A DNA stretch of 30,074 nucleotides from a virus (Duplodnaviria; Caudoviricetes): the IMG/VR virus record IMGVR_UViG_3300025320_000141, positions 1-30,074 of that record; one strand, given 5' to 3'. Below the pieces are notes generated by a model. That model was not told where the DNA came from, did not search any database, and saw nothing but the letters and a program-made list of their open reading frames with translations. Both the position numbers and the translations under genes were made by a program. This document shows positions 9,063 through 18,063 of this stretch, piece by piece (within the stretch, counting starts at the first letter, position 1; each line of letters starts with the position of its first letter).

Positions 9063-9728
9063 TTACTTCACTTCGATGGACCAGAAACCGCCGGGGTTGC
9101 GGCCGGCTTCCATCGTGTTGGCGCCGGTCCATTCGACATGGCTCGTGTAGGTGAAACGCGCGCCGCAATAGGGCACATCGGCGGCGCGCGCGGTGACGCG
9201 GTGGTGGCCGAGGAGACCACTCGACAGATCCTGGCGCTGCGTTGCAAGGCGCGGCTTCACCGCATTCTCGATGAATTGGTAGAGGGCGAGGCGGGTCAGA
9301 CCCGGGCAGCGATGGCCGAGGATGCGCGAGACGATGTCGTAGAGGCCGGTCTGGTCATAGGCATATTCGGTCCTGGCCGGGATCAGATCGCCGAGCAAAT
9401 TCGATTCGATGCCGGCGACCGTGTCGTCGGGGTTGAGGCGCAACAGCCACACCAGGGTTTCGCCGTGCCCCGGCAATCGCACGTTCAGCGTGACGATGCC
9501 GCCGCCGGCGAGCGGCCGCCCGTTGACGTCGACGCGATGCCGCCGCGCCATCGCCGCCGCGAGGAGCCCTTCGTCGAGCCGCGTCGTGGCGCGCAACGAG
9601 CGCAGGCAAGATTCGACCGGCATGCCGAGACAACCGGCGCCCGCGGCGGCCGGCTGCGCCATCACCGGCCCGGGCATCGCGGACGCAGCGAGCGCCATGA
9701 CGAGACCGAAGACCCGAACCCCGCGCAT
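9063..9728 (-). CDS. Secreted hypothetical protein
   Basis: Signal peptide MRGVRVFGLVMALAASAMPGPVMA; four Cys; inserted between chaperone and tape measure. Confidence 0.7.
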   Translation of the reverse strand: MRGVRVFGLVMALAASAMPGPVMAQPAAAGAGCLGMPVESCLRSLRATTRLDEGLLAAAMARRHRVDVNGRPLAGGGIVTLNVRLPGHGETLVWLLRLNPDDTVAGIESNLLGDLIPARTEYAYDQTGLYDIVSRILGHRCPGLTRLALYQFIENAVKPRLATQRQDLSSGLLGHHRVTARAADVPYCGARFTYTSHVEWTGANTMEAGRNPGGFWSIEVK

Positions 9729-9931
9729 CCCCACTTCCCTTCGCAAGCCGCCGCGAATTATGCCGCGCCCTCGCCGGTCGGCAATGCGCCAAACGCGCCA
9801 CGACGCATCGCGGGCTGCTCGCCCGATCGTGAAATCGCGTTCAGCATCGGCGGTTGAGCTTTCCGGCGCCGGAACCGAGGCATCGCGATGCGTGTTGCCA
9901 GATCGAATTTGTCAACCGCAAGGAGAACACG

Positions 9932-10195
9932 ATGTTGACGAAATCCGCTACCCGGAGGTTCGGGAAACTGGCGGCGGTCGCCTTTGCCGCCGCGACGCTC
10001 GGCACGGTCATCTCTACATCCGCCCAGGCCGGGTCGGAGCCGTATCTCGGCTGGGATTTTGGCCATGGCGTCGGGATCGGCGTGGGCGCGCCGCCATCGG
10101 CCTATGACCCGTGTCCGAGCTATGGCTGGTCCTACTATCCGTACCGGTGCCGGTATAGCCATCGCCACCACATCCGCCATTATTCGCGGCATTAA
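9932..10195 (+). CDS. Small secreted Tyr/His-rich hypothetical protein
   Basis: AAGGAG SD; signal peptide ending SAQA; antisense to the operon. Confidence 0.75.
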   Translation: MLTKSATRRFGKLAAVAFAAATLGTVISTSAQAGSEPYLGWDFGHGVGIGVGAPPSAYDPCPSYGWSYYPYRCRYSHRHHIRHYSRH

Positions 10196-10635
10196 TCGGG
10201 AGAGCCCTGCGCGGCGGACCTTGCACGTCCGACGTTGCGGGCACGGAGGGTGGCCAGGTCGAAGATGGGCGGCGGCATCGCGACCGTGCCGGGCGGCAGG
10301 ACCGCCAGGCCGGGCGGCGGCGCGGCGGCGAGATCGGCGAGCGCGGCGGTCGAGGGTTGCGGCGCCGCGCTGTCTTGCGATAAGCGCGGGGGCTGCCAGC
10401 CGATCAGGCGGGCGATCGTTTGCAGCATCAGATGCGCTGGCGGGTTCTGCTCCCAATAACAGAAGACCTCGCCGGCCTCGGCCAGGGTCATCCCGTCGAT
10501 CACGGGGTAGCTGTAGCCGCAGCCGGTGGCCAGGGCGCCGTAGAGGGCGCCGAGCCGCTCGCGGGGGCCGTCCCTGTGTTCATCGCCGCCGTGCTCGCCG
10601 CCTCCCCGGGCTTGACCCGGGGATCGGCTTCCCCC
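10192..10635 (-). CDS. Tail assembly chaperone, frameshifted (GT-like) segment
   Basis: Open -1 frame entered at GGGGGAA; LATGCGYSYPVIDGMTL...YWEQNPP. Confidence 0.7.
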   Translation of the reverse strand, partial: GGSRSPGQARGGGEHGGDEHRDGPRERLGALYGALATGCGYSYPVIDGMTLAEAGEVFCYWEQNPPAHLMLQTIARLIGWQPPRLSQDSAAPQPSTAALADLAAAPPPGLAVLPPGTVAMPPPIFDLATLRARNVGRARSAAQGSPD

Positions 10636-10916
10636 GGGACCAACTCCTTGGGAGACAGCCCCGCCAGTTTGAGGATCGCGGCAACCGCGGTGTTGAGCTC
10701 CGATAGGCTCGCCGAGAGATCGAGCACCGCGTCGGCCGTCATGTCGGGATGCGCGGCGGCGAGCCCGGCCGCGACGAGTTTTGCCGCGGCGTCGATCAGC
10801 GCGCCGCCCGAGGCGCCCGCCATCTGGTCGAGCGCGTCGAGCAGGTGACGCAATTGTCCCAGAGTGAGCGGCTGCAACGTGAAGTCGCGGCCGCCGAGCC
10901 GTATCGTTTCGCTCAT
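10500..10916 (-). CDS. Tail assembly chaperone (G-like)
   Basis: GAGGG SD; MSETIRLGGRDFTL; between major tail protein and tape measure; slippery CCG GGG GAA. Confidence 0.8.
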   Translation of the reverse strand: MSETIRLGGRDFTLQPLTLGQLRHLLDALDQMAGASGGALIDAAAKLVAAGLAAAHPDMTADAVLDLSASLSELNTAVAAILKLAGLSPKELVPGEADPRVKPGEAASTAAMNTGTAPASGSAPSTAPWPPAAATATP

Positions 10917-10928
10917 ACATCCCTCACT

Positions 10929-11043
10929 GAAAAAGAAACGCTTTACCGCAGAGGACGCGGAGGTTTCGCAAAGGACGCTGTGGCGCATGAGCGGCTGAGA
11001 CGCCACCGCGCCCTCTGCGCACCCTCTGCGTCCTCTGCGGTGA
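10929..11043. repeat. B-type palindromic element
   Basis: AAACGCTTTACCGCAGAGGACGCGGAGG ... CTCTGCGTCCTCTGCGGTGA. Confidence 0.9.
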
Positions 11044-11053
11044 GTCTTTATTG

Positions 11054-11821
11054 TTACTCGGCGGCGCTGAGGGTGCCGATCGTGCCGGTCGGGTCGGCGA
11101 AGGCGCTGAAATCGAATTCCTGGATCTCGTAATCGTCGATCTTGGTCGGCAATGCCAGTTTGGAGGCGGTGCACGCGTTCAAGACGAGCGCGAGGCCGGC
11201 CGGCGCGCCGCCGGTCGTCTTAGTCGTGTAGAAGGTCGCCTTGAAGGTCGGCGTGTAGCCCATGAACTGGTTGGTCAGCACCAATTTCTTGCCGGCCGAG
11301 CTGACCGTGTAGAGATAGCTGATCGACACCGCCGCGTTCGCGTCGGCGGCGGCGAAGGTGTAAACCCCGGTCGCGAGATTGACCGAATACTGGCCGGCGG
11401 AGGACGGCGTCGTCACGCGGGTGAAGCGGCCACCGGCGTTGTTGCCGCTGGCGTAATAGACGCCGAGATCGTCGGTGAAGCTGGCGGCGTTCGCGACCGC
11501 CACGGTGAACGGCGTCGTCGCCGGGATTGCGGCGGCCTCGTTTTCCGACACGGTGAGCTGGCCGGCGGCCGGGGTCTGGCCGAAGAACAGATCGCCGTAG
11601 ATCGCACCGAAGATACGCGCGAATTTGGCCTTCCCGGCGATCTTGCCCTGGCCGCGCGCGATGTCGACCGGGAACTGGAATTGGCCCCACAGCTCCTTGG
11701 TCGTCCAGTCGAAATCGATCTGGACGTCCTGCAGGATGCCGAACTGGTCGGGGCCGATGCCGGCGCCGGTGACATCGGTGCGGTTGCCCCACAGGGCGCC
11801 GGCGCCGAAAGCGAGCTGCAT
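11054..11821 (-). CDS. Major tail (tube) protein
   Basis: AAGGAG SD; FGAG...FGILQDVQIDF...KELWGQ.QFP, KIDDYEIQEFDF; synteny before chaperone. Confidence 0.8.
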   Translation of the reverse strand: MQLAFGAGALWGNRTDVTGAGIGPDQFGILQDVQIDFDWTTKELWGQFQFPVDIARGQGKIAGKAKFARIFGAIYGDLFFGQTPAAGQLTVSENEAAAIPATTPFTVAVANAASFTDDLGVYYASGNNAGGRFTRVTTPSSAGQYSVNLATGVYTFAAADANAAVSISYLYTVSSAGKKLVLTNQFMGYTPTFKATFYTTKTTGGAPAGLALVLNACTASKLALPTKIDDYEIQEFDFSAFADPTGTIGTLSAAE

Positions 11822-11843
11822 TGGGTTCTCCTTTAGTTAGGTG

Positions 11844-12043
11844 TTCACAACGAGGCGGTGAGGCAGCGAGAAACGAAAACGCTTCACCGCAAAGAACGCG
11901 GAGGATGCGCCAGGGACGCGGAGGCGGCGCGGCGGTTGAAGCGCGATCGCGTTCCTTCTGTCCGGGATAACTGCGACCGAAGGGTGGGTCCCGGCTTGCG
12001 CCGGGACGCGGAGCATTTATCGGCTCACCGCCTCACCGGTGAA
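11844..12043. repeat. Composite repeat cassette bounded by inverted A motifs
   Basis: TTCACAACGAGGCGGTGAGGCAGCGAG ... CTCACCGCCTCACCGGTGAA. Confidence 0.85.
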
Positions 12044-12226
12044 TTTTGCGAGGCGACGCTTGAGCTCTTCCTTCGCGGCGAAGGCGTGGTTCCAGGCTTG
12101 CGTCACCTGTGCGACCGGCGAGCCAGGGAAGTGCTCCTGCCACCACAGCTCGATCAACTCCTTGATCAGCGCATCGATGTCGCTTGGTTCGTGTGATGGT
12201 GGGGTTTCGGAATCGGTGTCGTCCAT
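12017..12226 (-). CDS. Small hypothetical protein (69 aa)
   Basis: GGAG SD; IELWWQEHFPGSPVAQVTQAWNHA; C-terminus overlaps a repeat. Confidence 0.7.
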   Translation of the reverse strand: MDDTDSETPPSHEPSDIDALIKELIELWWQEHFPGSPVAQVTQAWNHAFAAKEELKRRLAKFTGEAVSR

Positions 12227-12241
12227 AGCAGCTCCAAATGA

Positions 12242-12467
12242 TTCACCACAGAGACAGCGGGCAGTGAGTGCGCTAGAACGGCCTTGCCCGCAGCGACAGC
12301 CCTCAGAACCGTCATGGCCGGGCTTGGCCCGGCCATCTACGAAAGGGGAAGTCGTGGATCCCCGGGTCAAGCCCGGGGAAGACGATTGAGAGAGCGACAA
12401 AGCGATGTCGTTAGCTCCAGGCGCCGAGCTGGCTGATCCTCTCCTGTCTCACTGCCTCACCGGTGAA
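12242..12467. repeat. Composite repeat cassette bounded by inverted A motifs
   Basis: A at 12242, inverted A at 12448-12467; GTCATGGCCGGGCTTGGCCCGGCCATC / GGATCCCCGGGTCAAGCCCGGGGAAGAC REP pair. Confidence 0.85.
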
Positions 12468-12468
12468 A

Positions 12469-12903
12469 TTACAAACAGAGAATTTCGACCGGGATGATCG
12501 CGATCGCCTGGTCGCCGAGGACGCCCTCGGCGGTCTCGATCGTGCCGGCGATGTAGGCGTGCTGCACCATTGACGGAAGACCGAGGTCTTGCACGCCGGT
12601 CACGGCGGCCGGCGCCAGCGCCGCCTCGACCGCATCGACGAGCGGGTTGAGCATGGACGCGGGCGACAGATGCGGATCGCTCGAATGCGCATAGAGATAG
12701 AGCTCGACGGCGAGCGTCCAGACGGCCGGCGCGCCAAGGGCTTTGACCGCGGCGGTCTCCGATTTCTGCGTCATGAACAAGGCCGGCTGCTCGGCCGGCG
12801 CCACGTCGGACCAATGACGCAGGCGGCGCTCGGCGGTGACGAAACCGGCGGCGCCCGACGCGAGGTCGAACAGGGCGGCGTAGATCGGCTCGCGGGCGAT
12901 CAT
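12469..12903 (-). CDS. Tail terminator/completion protein
   Basis: REPIYAALF, RRLRHWSDV, QPALF; size and synteny. Confidence 0.7.
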   Translation of the reverse strand: MIAREPIYAALFDLASGAAGFVTAERRLRHWSDVAPAEQPALFMTQKSETAAVKALGAPAVWTLAVELYLYAHSSDPHLSPASMLNPLVDAVEAALAPAAVTGVQDLGLPSMVQHAYIAGTIETAEGVLGDQAIAIIPVEILCL

Positions 12904-13223
12904 CGGTCGAGCACCTGTTGCAGCGCGGCGTCGATGGCTGAGCGGATGTCTGGTGCCGAGAGAAAAGGAGAACCACTCATCGCAGAGGACGCGGAGGATG
13001 CGCGGGGGACGCGACGGCGCCGCGCCGGTTGAAGCGCCACCGCGCCCTCTGCGAGACCTCTGCGTCCTCCGCGGTAAAGCGTTCTTCTTCTGCTTCGCAA
13101 ACGATGCCTGCGCAACAACATCGCGGGCGGGACGCTCGCGATCCGGACGGCGGCGCGAACTGCATCGGATATCGCATCGAGCGCAACGACGAGGGCGCGG
13201 GTGTCGAGGGATGGCGTGATCAT
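12900..13223 (-). CDS. Neck-region gene (possibly a degenerate HK97 gp10-like gene) carrying an in-frame repeat
   Basis: ATGA overlaps with both neighbours; 107 codons open; middle part encoded by a B element at 12960-13090. Confidence 0.5.
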   Translation of the reverse strand: MITPSLDTRALVVALDAISDAVRAAVRIASVPPAMLLRRHRLRSRRRTLYRGGRRGLAEGAVALQPARRRRVPRASSASSAMSGSPFLSAPDIRSAIDAALQQVLDR

Positions 13224-13861
13224 AGCGCGGCTCCGATCAGCACGGGATCGGTCGCGGTCGGCGCAAGGCGGCGCGCGAAGCCGGAAGCCGGCGCGACGAT
13301 GCGGTACTGCGATAGAAGTGTTTTCACGGAATCGCTCATGTCCTTCTGCGAGAAGGCGACGGTCTCGCCGCTGCCGAGCGCCTTCGAGACTTCGCCGATG
13401 CGGGTGCGCTCGCGATACCGCTGACAGACGAGCTCTATGCAGGCCTGCGCGATGTCGGATGCCGTCGTGGCGTAGCCGGCGGTGTAGGTCACGACAGTGT
13501 TCTGCGGCCGGCGGGTGAAGACATAGCCGCGCAACGCCAGCTCGGTCGGCGTGAAGGTGTAACCGGCGCCGAATCCCGTTCCGTCTGCCGGGGCGGGCGG
13601 GATCGCGAGGCCGTCGATCGTCAGCGACAACACGGCAGTGACCGGGATGTTGGCGAAGGCGAGCATCTGGCCGCCGCTGCCGTCGCGCACCTCGAGCCAA
13701 TCGGCCGCGGCGATCTGCCGGCCGAGCCAGTTCTGGACGAACGCGCTCGCGGCGGTGACGAGGCGCTGCAGGAGCGCGTCGTCGCCGGGCGGGAACGGGT
13801 TCGGCCCGGTCTGCAGCCAGGCCTTCACATCCGCGAGCGTCGTCAAATCGCCATAGGCCAT
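13220..13861 (-). CDS. Head-tail connector/adaptor protein
   Basis: DLTTLADVKAWL, DDALLQRLVTAAS, VTYTAGY, DIAQACIELV. Confidence 0.85.
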   Translation of the reverse strand: MAYGDLTTLADVKAWLQTGPNPFPPGDDALLQRLVTAASAFVQNWLGRQIAAADWLEVRDGSGGQMLAFANIPVTAVLSLTIDGLAIPPAPADGTGFGAGYTFTPTELALRGYVFTRRPQNTVVTYTAGYATTASDIAQACIELVCQRYRERTRIGEVSKALGSGETVAFSQKDMSDSVKTLLSQYRIVAPASGFARRLAPTATDPVLIGAAL

Positions 13862-13881
13862 TCATGTATTCCCATTGAAGG

Positions 13882-14143
13882 TTCACCAGTGAGACGGTGA
13901 GGCAGTGAGAGAACGAAAAAGAGAACACGTTAACGCAGAGGACGCGAAGGGTGCGCAGAGGACGCGAAGCCGACGGAGCGGCTGAAACGCCATGCGTTCG
14001 TCCGCGCGCCCTTTGACTCCTTCGCGGTACTAATTTGTTGCGCGCTGCGCGCGCGAACTCACTATGCGGCTGCTTCCTTCTGAGACCTCTCGCCGAACCT
14101 GCGCGCGGCGGAAGAGTGGGTCCCGGCTTTCGCCGGGACGACG
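13882..14143. repeat. Composite repeat cassette
   Basis: A at 13882, B arms, C at 14038, GTGGGTCCCGGCTTTCGCCGGGACGACG. Confidence 0.9.
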
Positions 14144-14255
14144 GAATTAAGAGGCCTGCTCGGTCGTCATACGGCGCCGGCACGCTCTGGGCGGCCGGGC
14201 GGGGGAGCGGGCCGGCGCCGTAGCCGGCGCGGATGCGCCGGCGCACTAAGCCAAA

Positions 14256-15746
14256 TCAGCCGTTGGCGATGTTGGTGAGGACGCCCATCGCGAACGGCGC
14301 GTAGATCGCCAGCACCTCCTCGGCATAGACGCCGACCTGGCGCTGCCGCGTCACAACCGGCCAGTCGATCTGGTAGTAGTCCTGCCGCGTCTTCACCTCG
14401 GCGACATTCGGCACCTCGTTCGACTGGTACTGGATCGGCAAATTCTCGGCAAAGCCGATGATCGTGCCGGGCGGCACGCGCGGATGGATCTTGACCGGGA
14501 TCTTGAGGCCGCCGTTCAACGCGAACGGGTTGAAGTAGAACGAGATCGCGCCGGCCGCCGCGAGATCGTAAGGGTTGGCGCCCTCGCCGCTGACCTCATA
14601 GCGCAATAGCGGGCCGGAGGCGTTCGACAATACCTTCGCGGTGATGTTCTGCAATTCCTGTACATTGACGTAAAGCACGGTCGGCGACACCTGGTAGAGG
14701 TTCCACATCTGCTGGAACATCGCGTCGATCTCGACGACCGAGCCGCGCCCCGACGAGGTCAAGGGCGTGCCGGTGCCGGCGGCGCCGGTCGCCATGATCT
14801 TGACGTAGGCGTTGGAGCCGGGTTTGACTGCGGCGGTCAGGAGGCCGTCATAGGCGTAGTTCGGGTTGGCGGAGGTGTCGGCGGTGATGACCGTCGCGGC
14901 CTGCTGTCCGCCGAGGAGCGGCGCCGAGAAGGCGGCGCTGTTGATCGTCGTGATCGCCTGCAGCGTTTCCGACCCGGCGGTGCCGACATACCAGGCGTAG
15001 GCGACGGCGCCCGGGATCGCGGTGACGCTCGCGAACAGCGTTTGGCCCGATGTCACCGCTTGCGTCGCGTTGCTGCTCTTGTTGGACGAGCCGCCGTTCA
15101 GGACATAGGTCTTGCCGTCGGCGCCGGTGATCGTCTTAGTCGTCGCGATGCCGGCCGAGAGCGAGGAGTTCTGATAGCCCTCGAGGGTCAGCGCGACGGC
15201 GATGACCGAATAGGTCGCGGCCGGAAGCGTCGCGCCCGAGCCGGAGGCGGAGAGCGCCGGGGTCGCGGGCGTGCCGAGCTGCAGGGACGCGTTGCCGGCG
15301 AGGATCGCCATCTCCTCCTTCAGCATCATCTTCTGCAGCAAGCGAAAGGTCATGCGGGCCTGGATGTCCTCGAAATGGCGGCCGGCGCTGATCGCCTCGT
15401 AGGTGGCAGCGTCCTCCTCGCCGATCGTCACGAAGGAGGCGGATTTGGACGCGGTCGTGTACGACATCTGGCCGGAGCGCTGACCCTCCGGGACCCAGCC
15501 CATCGCATCGAACCCGGAGCCGATGAGCGCCGTCACCTGCCGCCAATTGGTCGCCGTGCCGGTGCCGCCGCCGACCCGCGGGATCAAATTGCGCAACGGC
15601 GTCACAAACGGGTAGAGGTTTTTCGCCGGCATCTGCAGGTCGAAGGCTACAAGGCCGGTCGAGCTGGTGATGGTTTTGGCGATGCGGTCGTCGGGCGAGG
15701 CGAGCGCGCCCTTGACGAGATCCAAGGTATCCTGTGTCGGGTTCAT
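14256..15746 (-). CDS. Major capsid protein (496 aa) with a probable inserted beta domain
   Basis: AAGGAG SD; follows the protease; FDLQMPAKNLYPFVTPLRNLIPRV; C-terminal GVYAEEVLAIYAPFAMGVLTNI. Confidence 0.8.
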   Translation of the reverse strand: MNPTQDTLDLVKGALASPDDRIAKTITSSTGLVAFDLQMPAKNLYPFVTPLRNLIPRVGGGTGTATNWRQVTALIGSGFDAMGWVPEGQRSGQMSYTTASKSASFVTIGEEDAATYEAISAGRHFEDIQARMTFRLLQKMMLKEEMAILAGNASLQLGTPATPALSASGSGATLPAATYSVIAVALTLEGYQNSSLSAGIATTKTITGADGKTYVLNGGSSNKSSNATQAVTSGQTLFASVTAIPGAVAYAWYVGTAGSETLQAITTINSAAFSAPLLGGQQAATVITADTSANPNYAYDGLLTAAVKPGSNAYVKIMATGAAGTGTPLTSSGRGSVVEIDAMFQQMWNLYQVSPTVLYVNVQELQNITAKVLSNASGPLLRYEVSGEGANPYDLAAAGAISFYFNPFALNGGLKIPVKIHPRVPPGTIIGFAENLPIQYQSNEVPNVAEVKTRQDYYQIDWPVVTRQRQVGVYAEEVLAIYAPFAMGVLTNIANG

Positions 15747-15760
15747 CGATGTCTCCTTCG

Positions 15761-15905
15761 GAAAAAAGAAAAATTCTTCACCACGAAGGACGCGAAGGAC
15801 GCACAAAGGGCACGAAAGCGGATCAGTCGCACTGCCGCCTTCGCGTCCTTTGCGGAACCTTCGTGTCCTTCGTGGTTGAGTGTTGTTTTGCGCGCTGCGC
15901 GCGCG
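15761..15905. repeat. B element plus C motif
   Basis: CACCACGAAGGACGCGAAGG ... CCTTCGTGTCCTTCGTGGT; TTGCGCGCTGCGCGCGC at 15888. Confidence 0.85.
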
Positions 15906-15917
15906 GGATTTAGCGCG

Positions 15918-17204
15918 TTAGCGGGTGGGGCGGATGGGGGCGGCGCGGGCGGCCTTGATCAGGGTCAGCGTGCGTTCCTCGTCGGTCATCTGGGCGAGCG
16001 CGGCAGCGACATCGTCGGGTGCGGAAAAAACGGTGGCGCCGTCGGCGTGCTTCGAAATGGCGGTCACGGAGCGCGCGGCGGTCAGCGGCGGCAACGGCGC
16101 GTTCGCGATATCCTCGACGCGGCGCTGCAACAGATCGAGGCGCGGCAGGATGTCGTCGGCGAGCTTCGACAGACGCGCCGCGAGACCCGCCGTTTCGACA
16201 TCGCGCGACTTGCGCAAGGCGCCGGTGAACGCGAGCGCTGCGCGCGCGTCGTCCTGTTCCGGAACCGCGTCGAGCAGATCGCACAGCTCGGCGAGCAGCG
16301 CACGCAATCGGCTCGGAGCGCCGGCGGCTCGCCGGCGGCCGGCCGGAGGCCGGCTGCCGGCCGGAGGCCGGCGGTCCGAATTTCCCGGCTCGCCGACAAA
16401 GTTCTTGCGCGCGGGCATCGCGGCGGGCGGGCCGTCGGGATCGATGGCATCATGCCATGCGGCGGCAATGCGAGATTTGATATGGGAGAGCTGCGCCTCG
16501 GTGTAGTGCGCCGCATTCGCCGACTCGTGAATATAGGCCCAAGCGGCGCGGATGTGGGCGTCGTTGTCGACCGGGTAGCGCTGCTTGCCGTCCGGCTGAT
16601 AGCCGGGATCGGCGTATTCGATATCGCCGTACGGTTCGTCTGCACCGCTTTTGCCGAAAGCGGCGGACTTCGTCAGCCCTGCGGGTTCTTGTGTAGGGCG
16701 GACAAGCGAAGCGCAGTCCGCCGCCATCTCGCCGTCAGGTTCGGCGGATTTCGTCCGCCCTACGGGACGAGACATATCGGCGGCGCCGCGCTTCCAGCAA
16801 TCGAACACCGCCTCGGGGTTGGCCGGGCGGTCGACAAACGAGATCTCGTTGAGCGCGAGGCCGGTGATGACCTTGCGGTCGGCGGGATCGCGCGCCGTGA
16901 CATGGCCGCCGATCGAGAACCCCTTGTAGACGCCAGCGACGACCTTGTCCCAGGCCTCGCCATCGACGATGCGGGCGCCGAGATAGAGGCCCCTGTCATC
17001 GACCGCCGCCTCTTCGGCGATGCCGACCGCGGAGGGCTGGTGCATCTCGCGGATGTTGGCGAAGCGCATGTAATCGGCGAGCGCGTCGGCGAGCGCGTCG
17101 CGGCGGATGACCTCGCCCTGCTCGTCCTCGGCCTCGGTCGAGGCGTAGCCCCACACCATGCGCTGCTCGCGGTCGAATTTCGCGATCGGCCAGTAAAACC
17201 GCAT
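15918..17204 (-). CDS. Prohead protease/scaffold fusion with a DUF6582-like middle domain
   Basis: GYAST, NIREMH, KGFSIGG and EISFVDRPANP protease motifs; YGDIEYADPGYQ..GKQRYP.D...HIRAAW; GGGAG SD. Confidence 0.85.
   Translation of the reverse strand: MRFYWPIAKFDREQRMVWGYASTEAEDEQGEVIRRDALADALADYMRFANIREMHQPSAVGIAEEAAVDDRGLYLGARIVDGEAWDKVVAGVYKGFSIGGHVTARDPADRKVITGLALNEISFVDRPANPEAVFDCWKRGAADMSRPVGRTKSAEPDGEMAADCASLVRPTQEPAGLTKSAAFGKSGADEPYGDIEYADPGYQPDGKQRYPVDNDAHIRAAWAYIHESANAAHYTEAQLSHIKSRIAAAWHDAIDPDGPPAAMPARKNFVGEPGNSDRRPPAGSRPPAGRRRAAGAPSRLRALLAELCDLLDAVPEQDDARAALAFTGALRKSRDVETAGLAARLSKLADDILPRLDLLQRRVEDIANAPLPPLTAARSVTAISKHADGATVFSAPDDVAAALAQMTDEERTLTLIKAARAAPIRPTR
16693..16763. repeat. 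GTAG-type REP pair inside the protease CDS
   Basis: GTAGGGCGGACAAGCGAAGCGCAGTCCGCC ... GGCGGATTTCGTCCGCCCTAC. Confidence 0.85.
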
Positions 17205-17220
17205 CAGATTCTCCCAAGGT

Positions 17221-17260
17221 TTCACAATGAGACAGCGAGGCAGCGAGAAGAAAACGCTTC
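17221..17260. repeat. A motif with truncated B start
   Basis: TTCACAATGAGACAGCGAGGCAGCGAGAAGAAAACGCTT. Confidence 0.8.
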
Positions 17261-17340
17261 GGCGAGATGGTTAGAGGCTGCTACATTGTCAGCGTCTTCG
17301 AAGAACAATACTCGCTCAAACGGCCACCGCGACAATCAAG

Positions 17341-18063
17341 ATGGCAGAAAGCGGCGCTAGCCCAGTAACCACCTTCAGAGCAAGACGCGTGCTCGGCCTA
17401 GATTTGCATTCCTGGGAACAGGTGATGATTTGGTCGTTGGCCTGCGCGGCGCTGGCGGCCATAGCGGTTGTTCTTAGCACGGCATGGGTCGTGGTTCTCC
17501 AACGCGAGGAATCCACCAGAACTAAAGCTGAGTTCGAAGCGTATAAACTTGACGCTGCGCGGGATATAGCTGGTGCGGAGGAGCGAGCGCGGCTGGCAGA
17601 CCAGAAGGCCGCAGAAGCGAATGCCCAAGCAGCGCGTGTTGAGCAAGCTGCGAGATGGAGAATCCTGGCGCCCGAAGTAAGAACTCGCTTGGCGGCTTCT
17701 CTTGCGAGGACTGCAGGTGGTTCCGTCACCTTATCCTGGCCGGCGAACGATCCTGAGGCATTGTTCCTCGCTAGCCAGATCGAGGGTGTATTTGGAGAAG
17801 CAAATACCCAAGCCGGCAGAGTCTTATGGAGTGTCGAGCCGGAGCCTCGCGTGTTCTCACGCGCCATTTTCTGGAACATCAGGATCATCGGCCAATCGGA
17901 CGTGGTAGTAAGCGCGCTTCGCCGCTCGTTCACTGATGCCGGCATAGCGCATTCGGCAGAAACTATCCCGACCACAATCAACGATTCACCGGGCATGATG
18001 ATAGGAGGTGGCCCGCTTCCGGACGCACTCATTTGGGTCGGGCCGAAGCGACCACTAAACTGA
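17341..18063 (+). CDS. Membrane-anchored hypothetical protein, lower GC, antisense insert
   Basis: N-terminal TM helix, coiled coil, globular C-terminus; many A/T-ending codons compared with neighbours. Confidence 0.7.
   Translation: MAESGASPVTTFRARRVLGLDLHSWEQVMIWSLACAALAAIAVVLSTAWVVVLQREESTRTKAEFEAYKLDAARDIAGAEERARLADQKAAEANAQAARVEQAARWRILAPEVRTRLAASLARTAGGSVTLSWPANDPEALFLASQIEGVFGEANTQAGRVLWSVEPEPRVFSRAIFWNIRIIGQSDVVVSALRRSFTDAGIAHSAETIPTTINDSPGMMIGGGPLPDALIWVGPKRPLN

Noticed and set aside
7707-13861. Tailocin or contractile injection system
   Set aside because: No sheath or baseplate wedge genes, and a full head/packaging module is present
14195-14250. GC hairpins after the capsid stop as a terminator
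   Set aside because: No U tract on the minus strand; may only stabilise the mRNA
15042-17360. Long plus-strand ORFs (772 aa here; also 20358-21797, 8373-9857, 22863-24119)
   Set aside because: Antisense shadows of high-GC genes with no recognisable motifs
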